Assembly: GCF_001949145.1 (NCBI RefSeq)
Contig: NW_019091360.1
Span: 2,105,599 to 2,169,598, forward strand
DNA from: Acanthaster planci
Lineage: Eukaryota
Direction of reading: 5' to 3'
Length of the DNA: 64,000 nucleotides
The notes beneath the pieces were generated by a model. That model was given only the letters and a program-made list of their open reading frames with translations. It was not told the origin of the DNA and did no database searches. The number at the start of each line of letters is the position of its first letter. Position 1 is the stretch's first letter. A program made the translations under genes and the position numbers. This document shows, one piece after another, positions 25,061 through 38,017 of this stretch.

Positions 25061-27739
25061 CGTTACTGAACTCTATTTTTTCGATTTTGTAGTACCAAGC
25101 ATCTATTCAGATACAGCAGTCTTGGACTTTGCTGAAGACCTTGATGCTGTGTCTCAGCAGAACCTTTTTTGCAAGTTTATAACCACTGTGGAGTTTGGGG
25201 AAATGAAAGCCTAGATTTCGGCTTTCCTTAGTAATCGCCATCAGCGAGTGGTAAACAAAACAGCAAATCGTAAGCACAGTATCGGGTCATTAATGGAGTC
25301 CCCAAAGAGTAAGGACATGAAGGAGAAGTGTTACCAGGCTGTTTGCAGACGACTGCCTAAACAACAGGAGCATAAAATACAATTTTTTCCATGCAATAGA
25401 AAGAAGAAAGGATTGATCAAACCCGCTTTATACCTTAGTAGGACCTTTATCGCCGCCACTGGAGCTCTTGCCGAAATAGTTCAAGTGCGCCCTCCAACGA
25501 CAATTTTGTTTGGGGCTCCGTCGAGAAAATAATTTTTTACGTTATTCGTTTGCACTTGTCAGTAATGTCACTTGCTCGTGCAATAATATCTGTCGCGAGT
25601 GAGCAAAAAAAATTTAAAACGTGCCCTAAAGAACGATTTCGGCAGAGTTTAGTAGTTTACATTTTCAAGTATAAAAGGCTGTAGATTTGAAACGTAAAAA
25701 ACTTCTGTATGTCATCTTAACGGGAAGTGCATCAGTGGAACCGGAAACGTGAAGAGGTATACAATCACTATGAAACCATCGCAACTGCAAATCGACTTAT
25801 TTTAACGACTTAACTGTTTTGGCCTCCTTTTGCTGCGGGCATTGCAAAAGAGGTTCGAAGAGTTAACCATATCTATTTAACACTCTCTTACCGCAACCGA
25901 TTACACCGTTAGATTTCTAGTTTTCTTTTACCATTTCCGGAGGAATTCCTTCTGGTTCTGAAGTCCCAAATTGATTTACTCCAAATATGTTTTCCGAAGT
26001 CATCGAAGTTTGACGCTCGGGTGAAGAACGTATGTACTTGTACTCAAACTGAACATTGTTAATGCCGTAATTTTATTGCAGTTTCTCTAAATACATTCCT
26101 GTATCCCATTTAATTCCATTTCAAATTGAATTTGCTACACAAGGGCTCTTCGATTCTTGTTTTGGGTGTTATGCTGATGTAACGTCAACTGCATATTCCC
26201 AAGGAGGAAACCTCAGTTTTTATTTGCACCAAAGTTGTCCAAAATGGACGATCTTTTGCCTCATCTTTGAAGGTTTTACTTATTTCTGTAACCGACTCCT
26301 CCTCATTAATGCATGAAACTTTGACATTCCCTTTTGTTTAAGCATAATTTTCAAAAATTTTACCTCTGTCCACTTAGAATAATTCTTCTGGCAAACGAAG
26401 GCGCTCTTGCTGCAATGATAATCACGAAGACATTGTTCACTTAAGACGTCTTTGGCTCAACGCATGAAACTCATTTTTTTTCTGTCTGAAACGTTTTCGT
26501 TAAGAAACGTTGCTTACAACAAAGCCTGATCAACTACGACTGGGCACCTGTCCTTGACGAAGAGACGAGTTTTTCGAGGTTTAGATGAAGAAACTACAAA
26601 TTAAACAGAGGCTTGATTAAACATTACTAGTCAAGTTTTAGTAATAAGATGTCTTTATGGTCCTTAAGAGTTCTGATGATATTTTGATGTGAGACCTGGT
26701 ACCTGGCAGTTACACTGACTGTTCTATAGAACCATATTTCCAAAAATCGGCTGCGCTCATCTGCCGTGTATGTACCAAAGCACAGGTTCTAACAAATGGA
26801 TATGTACTCAGGCAAACCGTCTAGGTTCTGATCACGATCTACCGATGTTGACTTTCCCACCATTCTGTTTACTTTCAGCTTAATAAACATGGATTGTTCC
26901 GCGGCAGCCACATCAGGCAAACTAAAACAGGCATACTTCCATATCAGAAGTCCGGTGTATCATGTCAACAAGACTTGAGGTATATGTACAGCAGGTGAAT
27001 ATGCCTCAATAAAACGAGGTTGTTTTCTATTGGACCAGAGTGAAGGGAGACTGGTCAAGGTTTGTCCTGAACGTGGCGCGTGAAATAAAAATACAGAAAG
27101 ATTCAATGAAATTGAATCAATAATTGAAACTGTCTTTTCTCACTTAGTCTGTAAAATTACAAAAGACAACAATGTGGTTTTTCGTGGGCTGTTTGTCTAG
27201 GAATTAAACAAATTGTCGACAATCTGGCAGCCATCACGTGAAACCCACGTCGCACATGCTGAGAAAAACACGATCCATGTTATCCGCTCCCACAACGCGG
27301 TGGATTTTAATTTTTGACAGTGGAATATCATTCATGAAAGCATGCATTCCGCTGTAGTCGAGGAGCGTGACGTCCCTGGTAACCTGACTCATGGCCGAGA
27401 GTTTGTTGTCTTAGTCTTTAAAAAATAGAGAAATCTGATCAATAAAGACCAAAAAGCGAGGGCTGCATGGTTTTGATTTCATATTTTGAAATGTACACTT
27501 TAGTGAAATTGCCAACAAATTACAGATCACACTGGAAAGGACTGCTTGATGGCAGTGCATTTGTTGAACGTTAAAGACTGACTCCAGTCAAACGGAGTAC
27601 TGCTACGTCGAGAAAATGTTTTATCCACTCTTAGAGCAAAGAATGAAATTGATGCGGCTCACGGTAAAGATGATTATCACTCCGCTTCAGTTTTTGGAAA
27701 GGGCAAGTACGAATGGTAACATTTCTCCGCCGATTGAAT

Positions 27740-27930
27740 CCTTTGAAATCCACGGCGGCCCCAATCGAAATCTGATTGGCAAAATACTGCGAAGTGGTCG
27801 CGCACTTGTCATCCTAAAACGCCATTAAGTCCCCGTTGTTTCCTCCATAATCAAGGTCTTAGGAGATCAAAGGGGGCCGGCCCGCTAGCCGCCCCTGATC
27901 AAAGGCACCGCCAAGCTGGGGCGGTCTTTT
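27740..27930. promoter_or_regulatory. Candidate Wnt-responsive enhancer upstream of Sp5 (paired TCF/LEF sites with helper-like GC motifs)
   Basis: AGATCAAAG at 27864-27872 and GATCAAAGG at 27897-27905; GCCGCC at 27888 and ACCGCC at 27907; nearby CCAAT/ATTGG and TAATC motifs in a GC-rich island. Confidence 0.55.
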
Positions 27931-30900
27931 TGCCAGCTTTGCGGTGCTTTGGACCGAGCCGCGCCGGGGGGCCCCCGGGCCCTGTCGGGTCGGCTTTGGC
28001 CGGGGTTTGGATAGTACACAACACGGGGAGGAGTTGTTTGCGCAACGGTAGACTCAGGACCCTTCCCACTGTACCCTGCGGCCTAATGCATTTGTGTGTG
28101 TTTGCCAGTCATTCCCCAGACCACGGTCGAAGTGGCTACGGTTCACGGTACCGCCAGCACGACAAAAGTCCCATTTTAATATCAGCGGGGAAATGTGCGG
28201 TTTGTCTGTGCACCCTTTTTATGTCTGTGTGTTTGTCGGTGTGTCTGGTAAATGGCGTTAATTGAAGTTCCTTGGCCATTTATAACGTTAGGTCTGTTTA
28301 TGTCCACTGTCAAAGGTCGTTTTGCCAATCGAGTTTCTTGATTAATTTTTCGGTCGGATCAAGCAATCACAGGGGTGTAAACTCTCAGCATTAACTTATG
28401 TTGATTTAATTTGAGAAAACTCTACTGCCTTGTGGGTTTAAATCGCACTCATAATCACAGATAAATATCTTGCGTCTTGCCCTCCTTTTCTCTGTTATCA
28501 GCAATCTTTATAACACCCGGCAGCCACGTTCATGCTACATGTATTGTTGGTCCACGTCGCACATATTCTGTGCGCCAGGTATATAACAAGCTCTCTCCAC
28601 ATTTAAATCTGATTGTTTTCTACAATGGTCAGAATAGTAATGTTAACAAGGCATCGCATACAAAATAATGACAAGCTCATGGTTGGTACTTTATGCAATG
28701 AAATTTTCACTGCAGTCCTGGTTCAATGTTCAATTCTTACTTTTCATTTTGCCATTTGTAATTTGTAAGGGTATTTTGGTGCCGTTTATTTTGTTGCTGA
28801 TGAAAATGTTCATAATCATGAACGAAAGTGTAATTTAATCTTAACACCAAACCTAAAGTTATTCCACCACTTGCCAGAATTTTGAATGTTTTGCTTTCTT
28901 ATATTTTCATTTCTGAAGTTGTTCGTCATTATTTCAGCTAATGACAGAAGGCCATTTTAGCAAGTTTCCTAAAAAACGTTTTAGTGAGCAAATTTGGTTT
29001 GAATCGGAACAGAATACCCCTATGTGTATTATACAGCGTCCTCCTAGAATAAAACCAAAATAAAAGCGCCCTCATTTGTCGGGAAATGGCAAAAACAATT
29101 TTAAATGTATGAAAAAGTACACCTTTCAATAAGATTAAACAAAAAAGGGATATCAAATGGTTTGCATACACCTTTGAAGAGTAGAAGGTTTCCAAATAAA
29201 GATTCACCTCCCAGATACTTTAAATGAAAGCACGAGTTTGAAGAGACGCTGATTTGGTATGCAGTTTAGAGAAGACATCCAGCACAACGCACTAGTTTAA
29301 GTACATGTACATGTATAAGGAGATTTTTTTTTTAAAATTTCTAACCCGTTCCGTATCTTCCAAACAGTAACCTGTTTTGAAGTCAGGCAGAGAAACATGG
29401 GTTTTCGTGTTCGTGTCGAACATTGTTAGACACAAGGGTGAACAATTAAGAGTGGCAGGCATGAGACGTGTGATGGGAGCATCTGAAAACAGGAAGGCTG
29501 AGGCACATTTTTCCCTAGGATGACTATAGCATACGACTAACACAGCATTCTCTCAGATGTTAAATGTTTGGTACGCCACATTCAGCTGTCTCTCCCGTCT
29601 TTATCACCGCGCTCGGTTAGACGGTGCAAGCAAAGGCAAGGTGTATGAGGTTCACGCGTAATCCCCATTGTCTAATTTTAGAGAATATTGTGTTTCGTGG
29701 GGAGTAGAACTTCATAAACTTTTCCTAGCATAGCTGTTCAGTAAATAACATCATAAACTCATATTTTATTGAACAGATCATACTTCGAATTGTACCCTTC
29801 AGTTTCACTTTAGCAGGCAAAGGAAAGTCTCATACTAGTCCACAGCAACGGATGCAGACAGCTTCCCGAGTGCCGGGCGGCGCGCGGTGCGCGTGGCTAT
29901 CTTCTGAAGAAGGCGGTGGGCTTTGATCAGAAAACGCAATTACGCAGACGGCATACAATTAGGGATAATTACCGCCGGGCTGTGGCCGGCAATTACGCGT
30001 GGGAGGCCCGGGATGACAGTCCTCAGACAACGGAGCCGGGGATGGAGTTTTGGTGGTATGGTGTCAACCACTTTCGAATTCCATAGTCTGTGTTCTATTT
30101 CTGCGCCGAGTGTCAACGTCACATCGTGTATATGCTCATTTAATGCGCTGAAGAGAAAGGGCATGTGGCAGTAAGCCGACACATCAGGAGAAGGTACGGA
30201 CTGCAAGAGGGTTTCTGTCTGACGTGTGTGTATAGGGGGAGCAGAAGGAGGCGCAAAATTTGTTTGTCTACGTTTTGTTGTTATGATGGACAGTCTTTTC
30301 ATAGATCATTCCACTTTTGCCTTCTTGTCAACGGACTTTTTTTGGCGACTATGAATCTGTACGTCATGAGTTTCTCTCAGAAGCAATTTGTAAGGATTTT
30401 TATACTTTGAGATCCTTCTACATAGAAATTAGGGGATCCAAAAGATGACCCCTCTCTTTCTGTTGCAGTTTGATAAATGCAGCACTTCAGTCAGCTAAAG
30501 GTTTAATTGCAATGTGACGCGTGCTATGATATTCGTAAAAGGTTGTGGAGTTGCACCACGGTTACATGTATGTGACTTGTTGGACTTGCATAGGGGTGAA
30601 CTTCGATGAACAGGTGAAGCTTGAGAGTGGGTCCGGGGCATCAATTTGCGCCTAATTACCCCCATCACGTCAATCAACAAGACCTTTCCACCCCAGCGCC
30701 AAACAACTAGCCCCTCCAAAACAATCCTGTCAACGGTCCACCAATCTCCTATGGTGTAAGATATCTAACCGTAGCGACGCTTCAGCCTATTGGACAAAGC
30801 GGACACGCTTGACGGATCTTCCTGTCAGGTTGGTCCGCCGCAAGCCACCCCGTGATTGGCAAGTAGGGGCTTAGCATGCAGGTGGTGAAAGAAACCTGGC

Positions 30901-33315
30901 TCGGGAGGAGCCGGCCACGAACTGTTGACTTAGGACAGGCCCCTCAGATGTTCACCGGCAATTGGCTGAAGGGGCGAGGGGGGGGTCGAGAGCACGCCTT
31001 TGTCCGCTGCGCGCCCTGTTGAAATGCGACCCTTCACGTGTGGACGTTGCCACTCGGTAAACGGTCTGACTCCTTGAGTTTGCCGCCCAAGATAAGTTCG
31101 CTTCTAAGAGGATTTACAAGTCTTCCTGTTCGACAAAAGGGTGTGAATTGATGCCCTCGCGTTGAAAACGTCACCTCCGGGGGGAGAGGAGATGTGAGAG
31201 GGCATGGAGGTAGCTCCTTGGTGAGAGAACAGAGCAAGAATCGGGATAAGGGAATTCTGGTTTTGGCCAGAAACCCGAGACGAAAGCAAGAAACAACAGA
31301 GAGGACCGAAAACGGGATGGGACGGGTGTTGACGCTAAAAGCATAGAAGATAATAACCATGACCCTGAATGGTTACTACTACTAGACATACATCTGCTAG
31401 GCTTTCCATCATAAAAGTGCAAATCGATAGAAGTGTGTGTTGCTAATTTCCATCCTTGAAAGAGGAAGTCACTTTGATGATGTTAATCAAAAGAGTACCA
31501 AAAACCTTCAGTATATATATACTACTACAAATTCACAGACGACCCTCCTTTCCCCCGAATGTTGCTGTTGTTCGACAAACTTGCATTGTCAGTCTAAAAA
31601 AGACCCCCATCACTTTGTACATGTCAGTTTTAAGGAAAGGATCAAAAGGGGTGAACAGTGAGATTACGGAGCACCAACAGTTGATGGCCGCGGTCAGCAC
31701 TCTTACCTCAGTACTAATTACACCCGTTCGCGTGAGCCGCCCCACTACTCCCTCGTGACCCCATCATTAAAGGGGTAATCGCCAGGAACATTCGTTGTCA
31801 AAGTTCGAAGAGGATGCAATATGCATCCACGCCATTTAAGGCATGGCTGTCAATGTGCACCACTCAGAATCCAAGTCAAATTACGATCACTTCGGTTTTG
31901 TGGGCAATGATCTTAAAATTCTGATGAAAACACAACCCCTTCTGGTGAGCAGCTCGTAATTATGAGATTTTTTATGTTTTAATCTTCTAAATTTCAGAAA
32001 TATCTATAAAAAAGGATTAGATTTGACAAAATATTGCAAATTTGTGTGTTTTCTAACAATATCCTATCATCTGCACGGGATAGCCGAAGCGGTGGCTATT
32101 GTGCAGTGGCTGAAGAAGAAGAACATGAGAAAGGGTTGTGGAATCGATGGTGGTGTTAGACGTCAGAAATCACATTGGCTGGGAAGGGAATGAGAGGTCA
32201 GCATGTAAACCTGACGTTTCACTTCCCCACAGCAGGACGACATCAACATAATGTGCAAAGTAGAGTAGAAAGAACTGGGAAAATGTATGCCACGTGTCGA
32301 CAAAATTTAACCGAGTTACAAAAAACAGTAAGCGCGTGGGGCTTGGCACGGCCCGCCGTGCGATTTCATTATCGCCGGCCTCCCTTCCGATAAGCACCCG
32401 GCTGTGTTAACACACATGGTGCAATATTATTATTAATCAGCGTGGAATAACTCGTCTGCGAGCAGGAAGGGAAGGAATTGATCCAAAGGAGCGCGTTCGG
32501 CAGTCGGCCAGCCGAAATTAATTTCCGAAGTCGGCGCGCAAGCCCCCTCGGTTAATTGCCGGCGGCCATTAGAAATTCACCGGCCTATCATCCGTGGCCC
32601 AAACCCTCTGGTCTCGCCGCCGGCTGGCGGAGTTGGGCTCTGGTCTGTGATGGCGGTAAAATTATTGTTCGGCCTCCCTTTCAACAAATTTCCTCCCCAC
32701 GTAACGGCAACGACACAGAAGAACTGGTAATGATCACATGGAAACATGCTTCCCAAACTCTGCAGCTCCGTTTCAACGTGTGGTGCTCCGTACCCGACAC
32801 TGCCAAATGTGAGATTACCCTTTAGCCTCAATCTTCTTACTAGCGAATTTGTCTGTGAGAAACAGAAGCGCGCGCAGCACGCCCAGAAACTCAGAGTGGC
32901 TAGGATGATGGTGATGTGGGAAAGAAATAAAAACTTTCAAAATATCTAATTAAGCTATTTCTTACAGCCATTAAATGTTTAAAGTATGCGAGTGCGGCAA
33001 GAATATATTACACGTTGCTATCAACTTTCCAATTTTTTAGTCACAACAATGTGGGATAAATAATAAAAAATGGGCAACCGTTTGATCATAAACATTACAT
33101 TCAGAGATAAGTGTTTACAGCTTGCGTTATCGTTGGTGGCGCTGTGACACCGTGTACGACGTCACAAATTTACATCATTAAATGTTTTGAGTAGGCGTTT
33201 GTATTCATAGGAGTGTGATAGGGTGTGCATTTATATACACACTATGCGTACTACTTCACCGTTTTCATGCAGGCATTCCTTTACTGGCCAGAGTCCTGAC
33301 CCCCATTATGGCTCA

Positions 33316-34073
33316 TAATTACCCCTTGATGAGGGGAACAAAAGGAAATGGGGGCAGCGGCACACGCAAAGGGTGGTGATCTAGGTTGGGTGGGGGTGTT
33401 TGTCGCAGGCGGCTCCCCTCTGCACTGCCCCTAATCTCCCCCATCGCATTAATTACTTTCCCATAAACGACAAGCAATCATGGAATGAATTCTTTGCAGC
33501 ATATAGATAATCCAGTCATCATTAATTGGCCGGGCTGATTGGACTAGCCATGTCATTAAGTCTACTGGGGGATTTTTAAATGATTAATCATAAAGTTCTG
33601 AGCAAGCATCCCACAGTGTTATGTGCAGGGGTTTTGAAACAGCTAACTGTTGGAAAAACAAGTGTAAACTGAAACTCTATGTCCATTGTAAGTTACCCCT
33701 CCAGTCATAAACATGAATTTGAAGTTGTAACATGCGCAACTCAGCTCAGCAGGATAGTGTACCTGTACACAGTCCTGACCACAGGAGGCGCTGATGACAT
33801 CAACTGGTCATGTCAGAGGTCAAGTTTCTTCTTTAGTCTTGCGCTTTCGGGGGGACGCATTTTGGTCGCGTTTCTTGTTTGTCAGGATGCATTTCACCCC
33901 TGCCACTGCCCCCTTTGTACCCGGTAATTACCCCTTGACAAGAGGGGGGTGGATCAGCGGCACACGCAAAGGGTGTAACCAGGACCAGGGTGGGGTGTTT
34001 GTCACAGGCGGCAACCCTCTGTGCGCCGCCTAATCGCTTCAAGTAGATTTAATTACAAGTCCCTAAATGACAG
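33316..34073. repeat. Diverged direct duplication of a roughly 150 bp non-coding module (33316-33471 and 33925-34073)
   Basis: Shared collinear blocks taattaccccttga, cagcggcacacgcaaagggtg, ggggtgtttgtc(g/a)caggcggc, cctaatc, ttaattac, taaa(c/t)gaca. Confidence 0.8.
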
Positions 34074-37000
34074 ACATTCTCAAGCCTGAGGAATGAACTT
34101 GTAACTGTGGAGCATCCGAATAGGATCGCAGTATAAATGTTTATACGCAGATATACGTGTCCTCACTTGCCTATATAATTACACACGGTAGATTGTTAAC
34201 CCGGGAGTGTTTCAGGAGTTACATGCTTTACAGTGCCCTACGAACTCAAGCGGTTTACAGACTTTCTATAATTATAGTGTTGTTGGGTACTGTTTGATTG
34301 AAAAATGTCACATTTACTAATACACTGTACATTTGACTCCAGCGCTGAAGACCAAGAACACCTTTTCACGCCACGACCACGAATGGAATCACGAGACACA
34401 AAGGAGCAGATTGCAATCAGTAAAAACTTATATATTACGGCTACTCTTTCGTCAATATCATTTTAGGGAAACAAACCTTCGGATTTGCAGATGATATACA
34501 CGGAGTATTCCACGGAGGCATTTACCTCATTTTCAAATTTGGCCACCATCTTTGCAATTCCCGCGCACAATAGGCGAGCTAATTAAGAAACGAAGGTTGA
34601 GGGAGCGGCTTAGGGTATGACCCAAGTCGACCCCTGACTTCAGCGTGTGGAGGGGGAGGATCGCCAGGCGGCACCGTTTGTGCACTGTTGCCTTTAATTA
34701 ATTTAATCAGCTCTCGAGTGATTGACAAGCGAGCGAGAAATGCCCTGGATAACGCGAACCAGCCAAGGCGGAATGAAAGCGCGGAAGCGAACACGTGAAG
34801 TATTGGTTCAAGAAGCATCTTGATCAGATCGAGATGGAGAGATAAAATACATCCCGTACAATATACATGTACATAAGACAAGAAGACCCATGAAAAAGGC
34901 TTTGCTTTTAAGAAGATCTTTAGCATCACATTATGTCGACAGAGGAGAACAGCCAGGGAAAACCAGTGCTAGACTTCAGTTGAAGGCGCAGTGTGTTATG
35001 TAGGTAAAACAATCGTAGTTTGGGTGAGGTTCATCGCCCCGCACTAAACCGAATATTAGATGCAGAATCTAGCGTAAACACATTTCTACACACCCGGCTA
35101 GTCTTTAGTGTCCAGGGACTGAGGGATTTAGACACAAAATGGTTTTGAATGTCGGCAAAAAATGGACGGAAAAATTCACACAATATATACAAGTTTCCAT
35201 TTTACTTAATTCGTTGTTTCTTTTTCGTGAAATACTAAATGACCTAAGTTCATTGATTAACAAATTAGTTCTTGTGGATGCAAATGATGACTATAGTTCG
35301 AGATCGAGAATCGACTCCAGGCCCACTGAACACTGCGGCCGGGTCAGAGGTGAAAATCCCCGCAATCAACCCGAGGGTCATATCATCGATCGCTTTGTTG
35401 GTTTTGGACACGTCTGCCCCTCCTCCGTCCCTGTCCCCTTTTTACTCCGATAATTGAGGAAGCTTACTCCCCCCCTTTCAATTCCCTGTCGTCGGGTCTG
35501 GGCCTCCGTGCAGTCCGTAGCCAGGTTTTCAGCCTGGGAGTCGGGGGGGGGGGCGTTGAGGCGGCGTCCCCCTTTGAGTGTCGAGACCCCCTTCTTCCAT
35601 TGTGCGTTGGCTAATTGGCAGACGGGGTGTAATTAGCGACCCCCTCCAAATTGGGCTGGGACCAGAAGGGTCAACGGTGGGATTAGCGCCTGATGAGAAT
35701 GGCCCTTACCTTCAAGCCAATACCTTGAGAGTCTAAATCGAAGGTTCATGCACGGAAAAGCGATTTGAAACTTACTGCATGCACGAAAACTCGAAGCATT
35801 AAGAACCTACCTGAATAAACGTAAATGACAGTGACAATTTGGATAAGACTCGTATACATAATGTTCACATATTACTTTTTACGAGTCCCAGTAGCATATC
35901 AATGCGATAACAGAAATTAAGTATGCAATCTTGTAGGAATTAGCCTCCCCCCCACACGGTCCCACCCATGAAAAAAGTATTTCATACAAAGAAGGTGCCA
36001 CCCTGGAATTGAGAAAATTTCGAATGAAGTCACACTGTTGCGATAAGTTTCCGACCCGGCTGCCTGGAGGAAGCCCAGCACGGAGCAGATGGAGGATGGA
36101 ACCAAGTCACTTCCAAACAAAATCCTGTGTGCACGGGATACCAGTGGTGTTCAATGCCCGTACCCCTTTTCAGGCACAGTGGGGACAATGCAGGCGATAA
36201 TGCACCCAGTTCCTCGGCTGTCAATTACCCAGTGGACTATGGAGCGCCGACACCACACAGGGCACCGCAGCGCGACAAACTCCCCCGTTGAATGGGGCCC
36301 TTTGAGGGTGCCGACAACCCGGCCCACTATTGTCACTTGATAACTGGGGCTTGTTGAGGCGCACAATGGAGTGGGTTCCTGCGTGGTCGTGCCTGCCTGG
36401 TGCCAATGCTCCGGGTATCCCTTGTTGGAGCGCGTTTGTACAGAGCAACTCTAGAGGCTGGTAGCGTTGAGCATGAACACCACGTGCACGAAATGAGTGC
36501 AGAAAATCTGCTAAGCCTGCTTCGGCCATGTGAACTTGAACAGTTTCTCCTTCTCTTTTATTCGTTCTTTTGAACACCACTTCGTTAAGTCACTGAAGAC
36601 GTTTCCTCGTCATGAACCATTCCAGGACTACCTCATTTCTGAATGAGAGCTAAAATAAAATGTCACTGATAATGCCTGCTAGTGCATTTAGGAATAAGAA
36701 ATACAGTGCCACCCAAATCTGATTCCCTCACGAGTCATGGGATAAATCTTGGTTATGTATTCCGTAATCTGCCAGAAAGGTGTCTTTTTTTCCAGCCCTA
36801 TTAAAAGAGGTCGAGAACCCCAGCGGGACTGAACCACCGGGCATGGGTCGATGGAGACCAGAACTCCGCGGGGTAACTACCCGCCAACACAACAACCTAA
36901 TCCTGGGATTACTGTGGTCCGGACGGCCTTGATGGGCCAGCCGCGCGTATAAGCTGATCGAATTTACGGAAAATGTATTTCCCGGATTAAGAGCGCTCAT

Positions 37001-37469
37001 GAATAATTAATACAAGGATGTGCTGATTTATTTCTGCTTGAAATTGCCATGGTGCATGGCTCAAGTCTGTACCCCACACAAGTCTCGTTTGAAGAGAATT
37101 CGAAGTCGCCGAGTTTTGGCACCATCGGAATGTGACTCAAAACTATCAGTTACAAAATTGTGTCATAGGACTGTATCTAACGAGAACCAGTACCACGGTC
37201 ATTGGCCTAACGGTGAACTTGCCCGGAGCTCAAATCCATCCACTGGGTGTTTTCTGTACAACTTACCTTTTTCCCCGATTAAAAATCACCAGTGCTCAAG
37301 GACTTAAAGATAATTTAGTTGAGGGCGTTAACATTGCTTTCCCCATTTAATCTAGTAATCATTATAACTTCGGCTGAACTTTAAAACGCCAAATGTAAGG
37401 TACCCCTGGCTGGCTAAACCCCTGCTTCATTATCATAGCTTTTTACAGTATGGTCGTCGCATATCATTA

Positions 37470-37860
37470 CTGGTTGGCAGGCGGGCACTGCACTCCTGGC
37501 CAATCAGAACGCTCGGTTGTCGGTCCCTACGCCTTTGATCCCCCCCAATCCAATTATTTGTTTACACAAAAGTGGTGCGGACCTATTACTTGGTTAACTT
37601 GCCCGCCTTTTGTCCCGCCTCAACCGTCCCTCCTCATAATCAACGTTATTTTTCGTGTCAACAAATACCCGGCAGGATCTTTGTCAGCAGCTAATGGGTC
37701 CGGTTTCCTTTCAGCGCGGCCGCCACGCGTCTGGATTGGCCGGCGGTACCCATCAAAGGGTCACACACTCACGGCTGATTGGCTGTCGGCACATGAAAGG
37801 AAACACTTGGCTGTCGTCTGCGGTGTCCCGCTCATTCACACGCGCTATACAAATACGGCA
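37470..37860 (+). promoter_or_regulatory. Sp5 proximal promoter
   Basis: TCF-type sites CTTTGAT (about 37533) and ATCAAAG (about 37752), several CCAAT/ATTGG boxes, GC-box-like cccgcc motifs and TATA-like tatacaaa (about 37847), about 170 bp before the ATG. Confidence 0.6.
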
Positions 37861-38017
37861 ACCCAGTGTGCCGTGGGCTTGTATTCACAGTCTCGACGCT
37901 TGCCCGAGCCGTGCAAACCAACGTTAGCTCTCGTCCTGACAGCACGCGTCATTGCTGGATTTTCAACGCTACTTCTCTGCATTTTCATCAGCTTTTACAA
38001 CCACTCAACGGTTCAAA

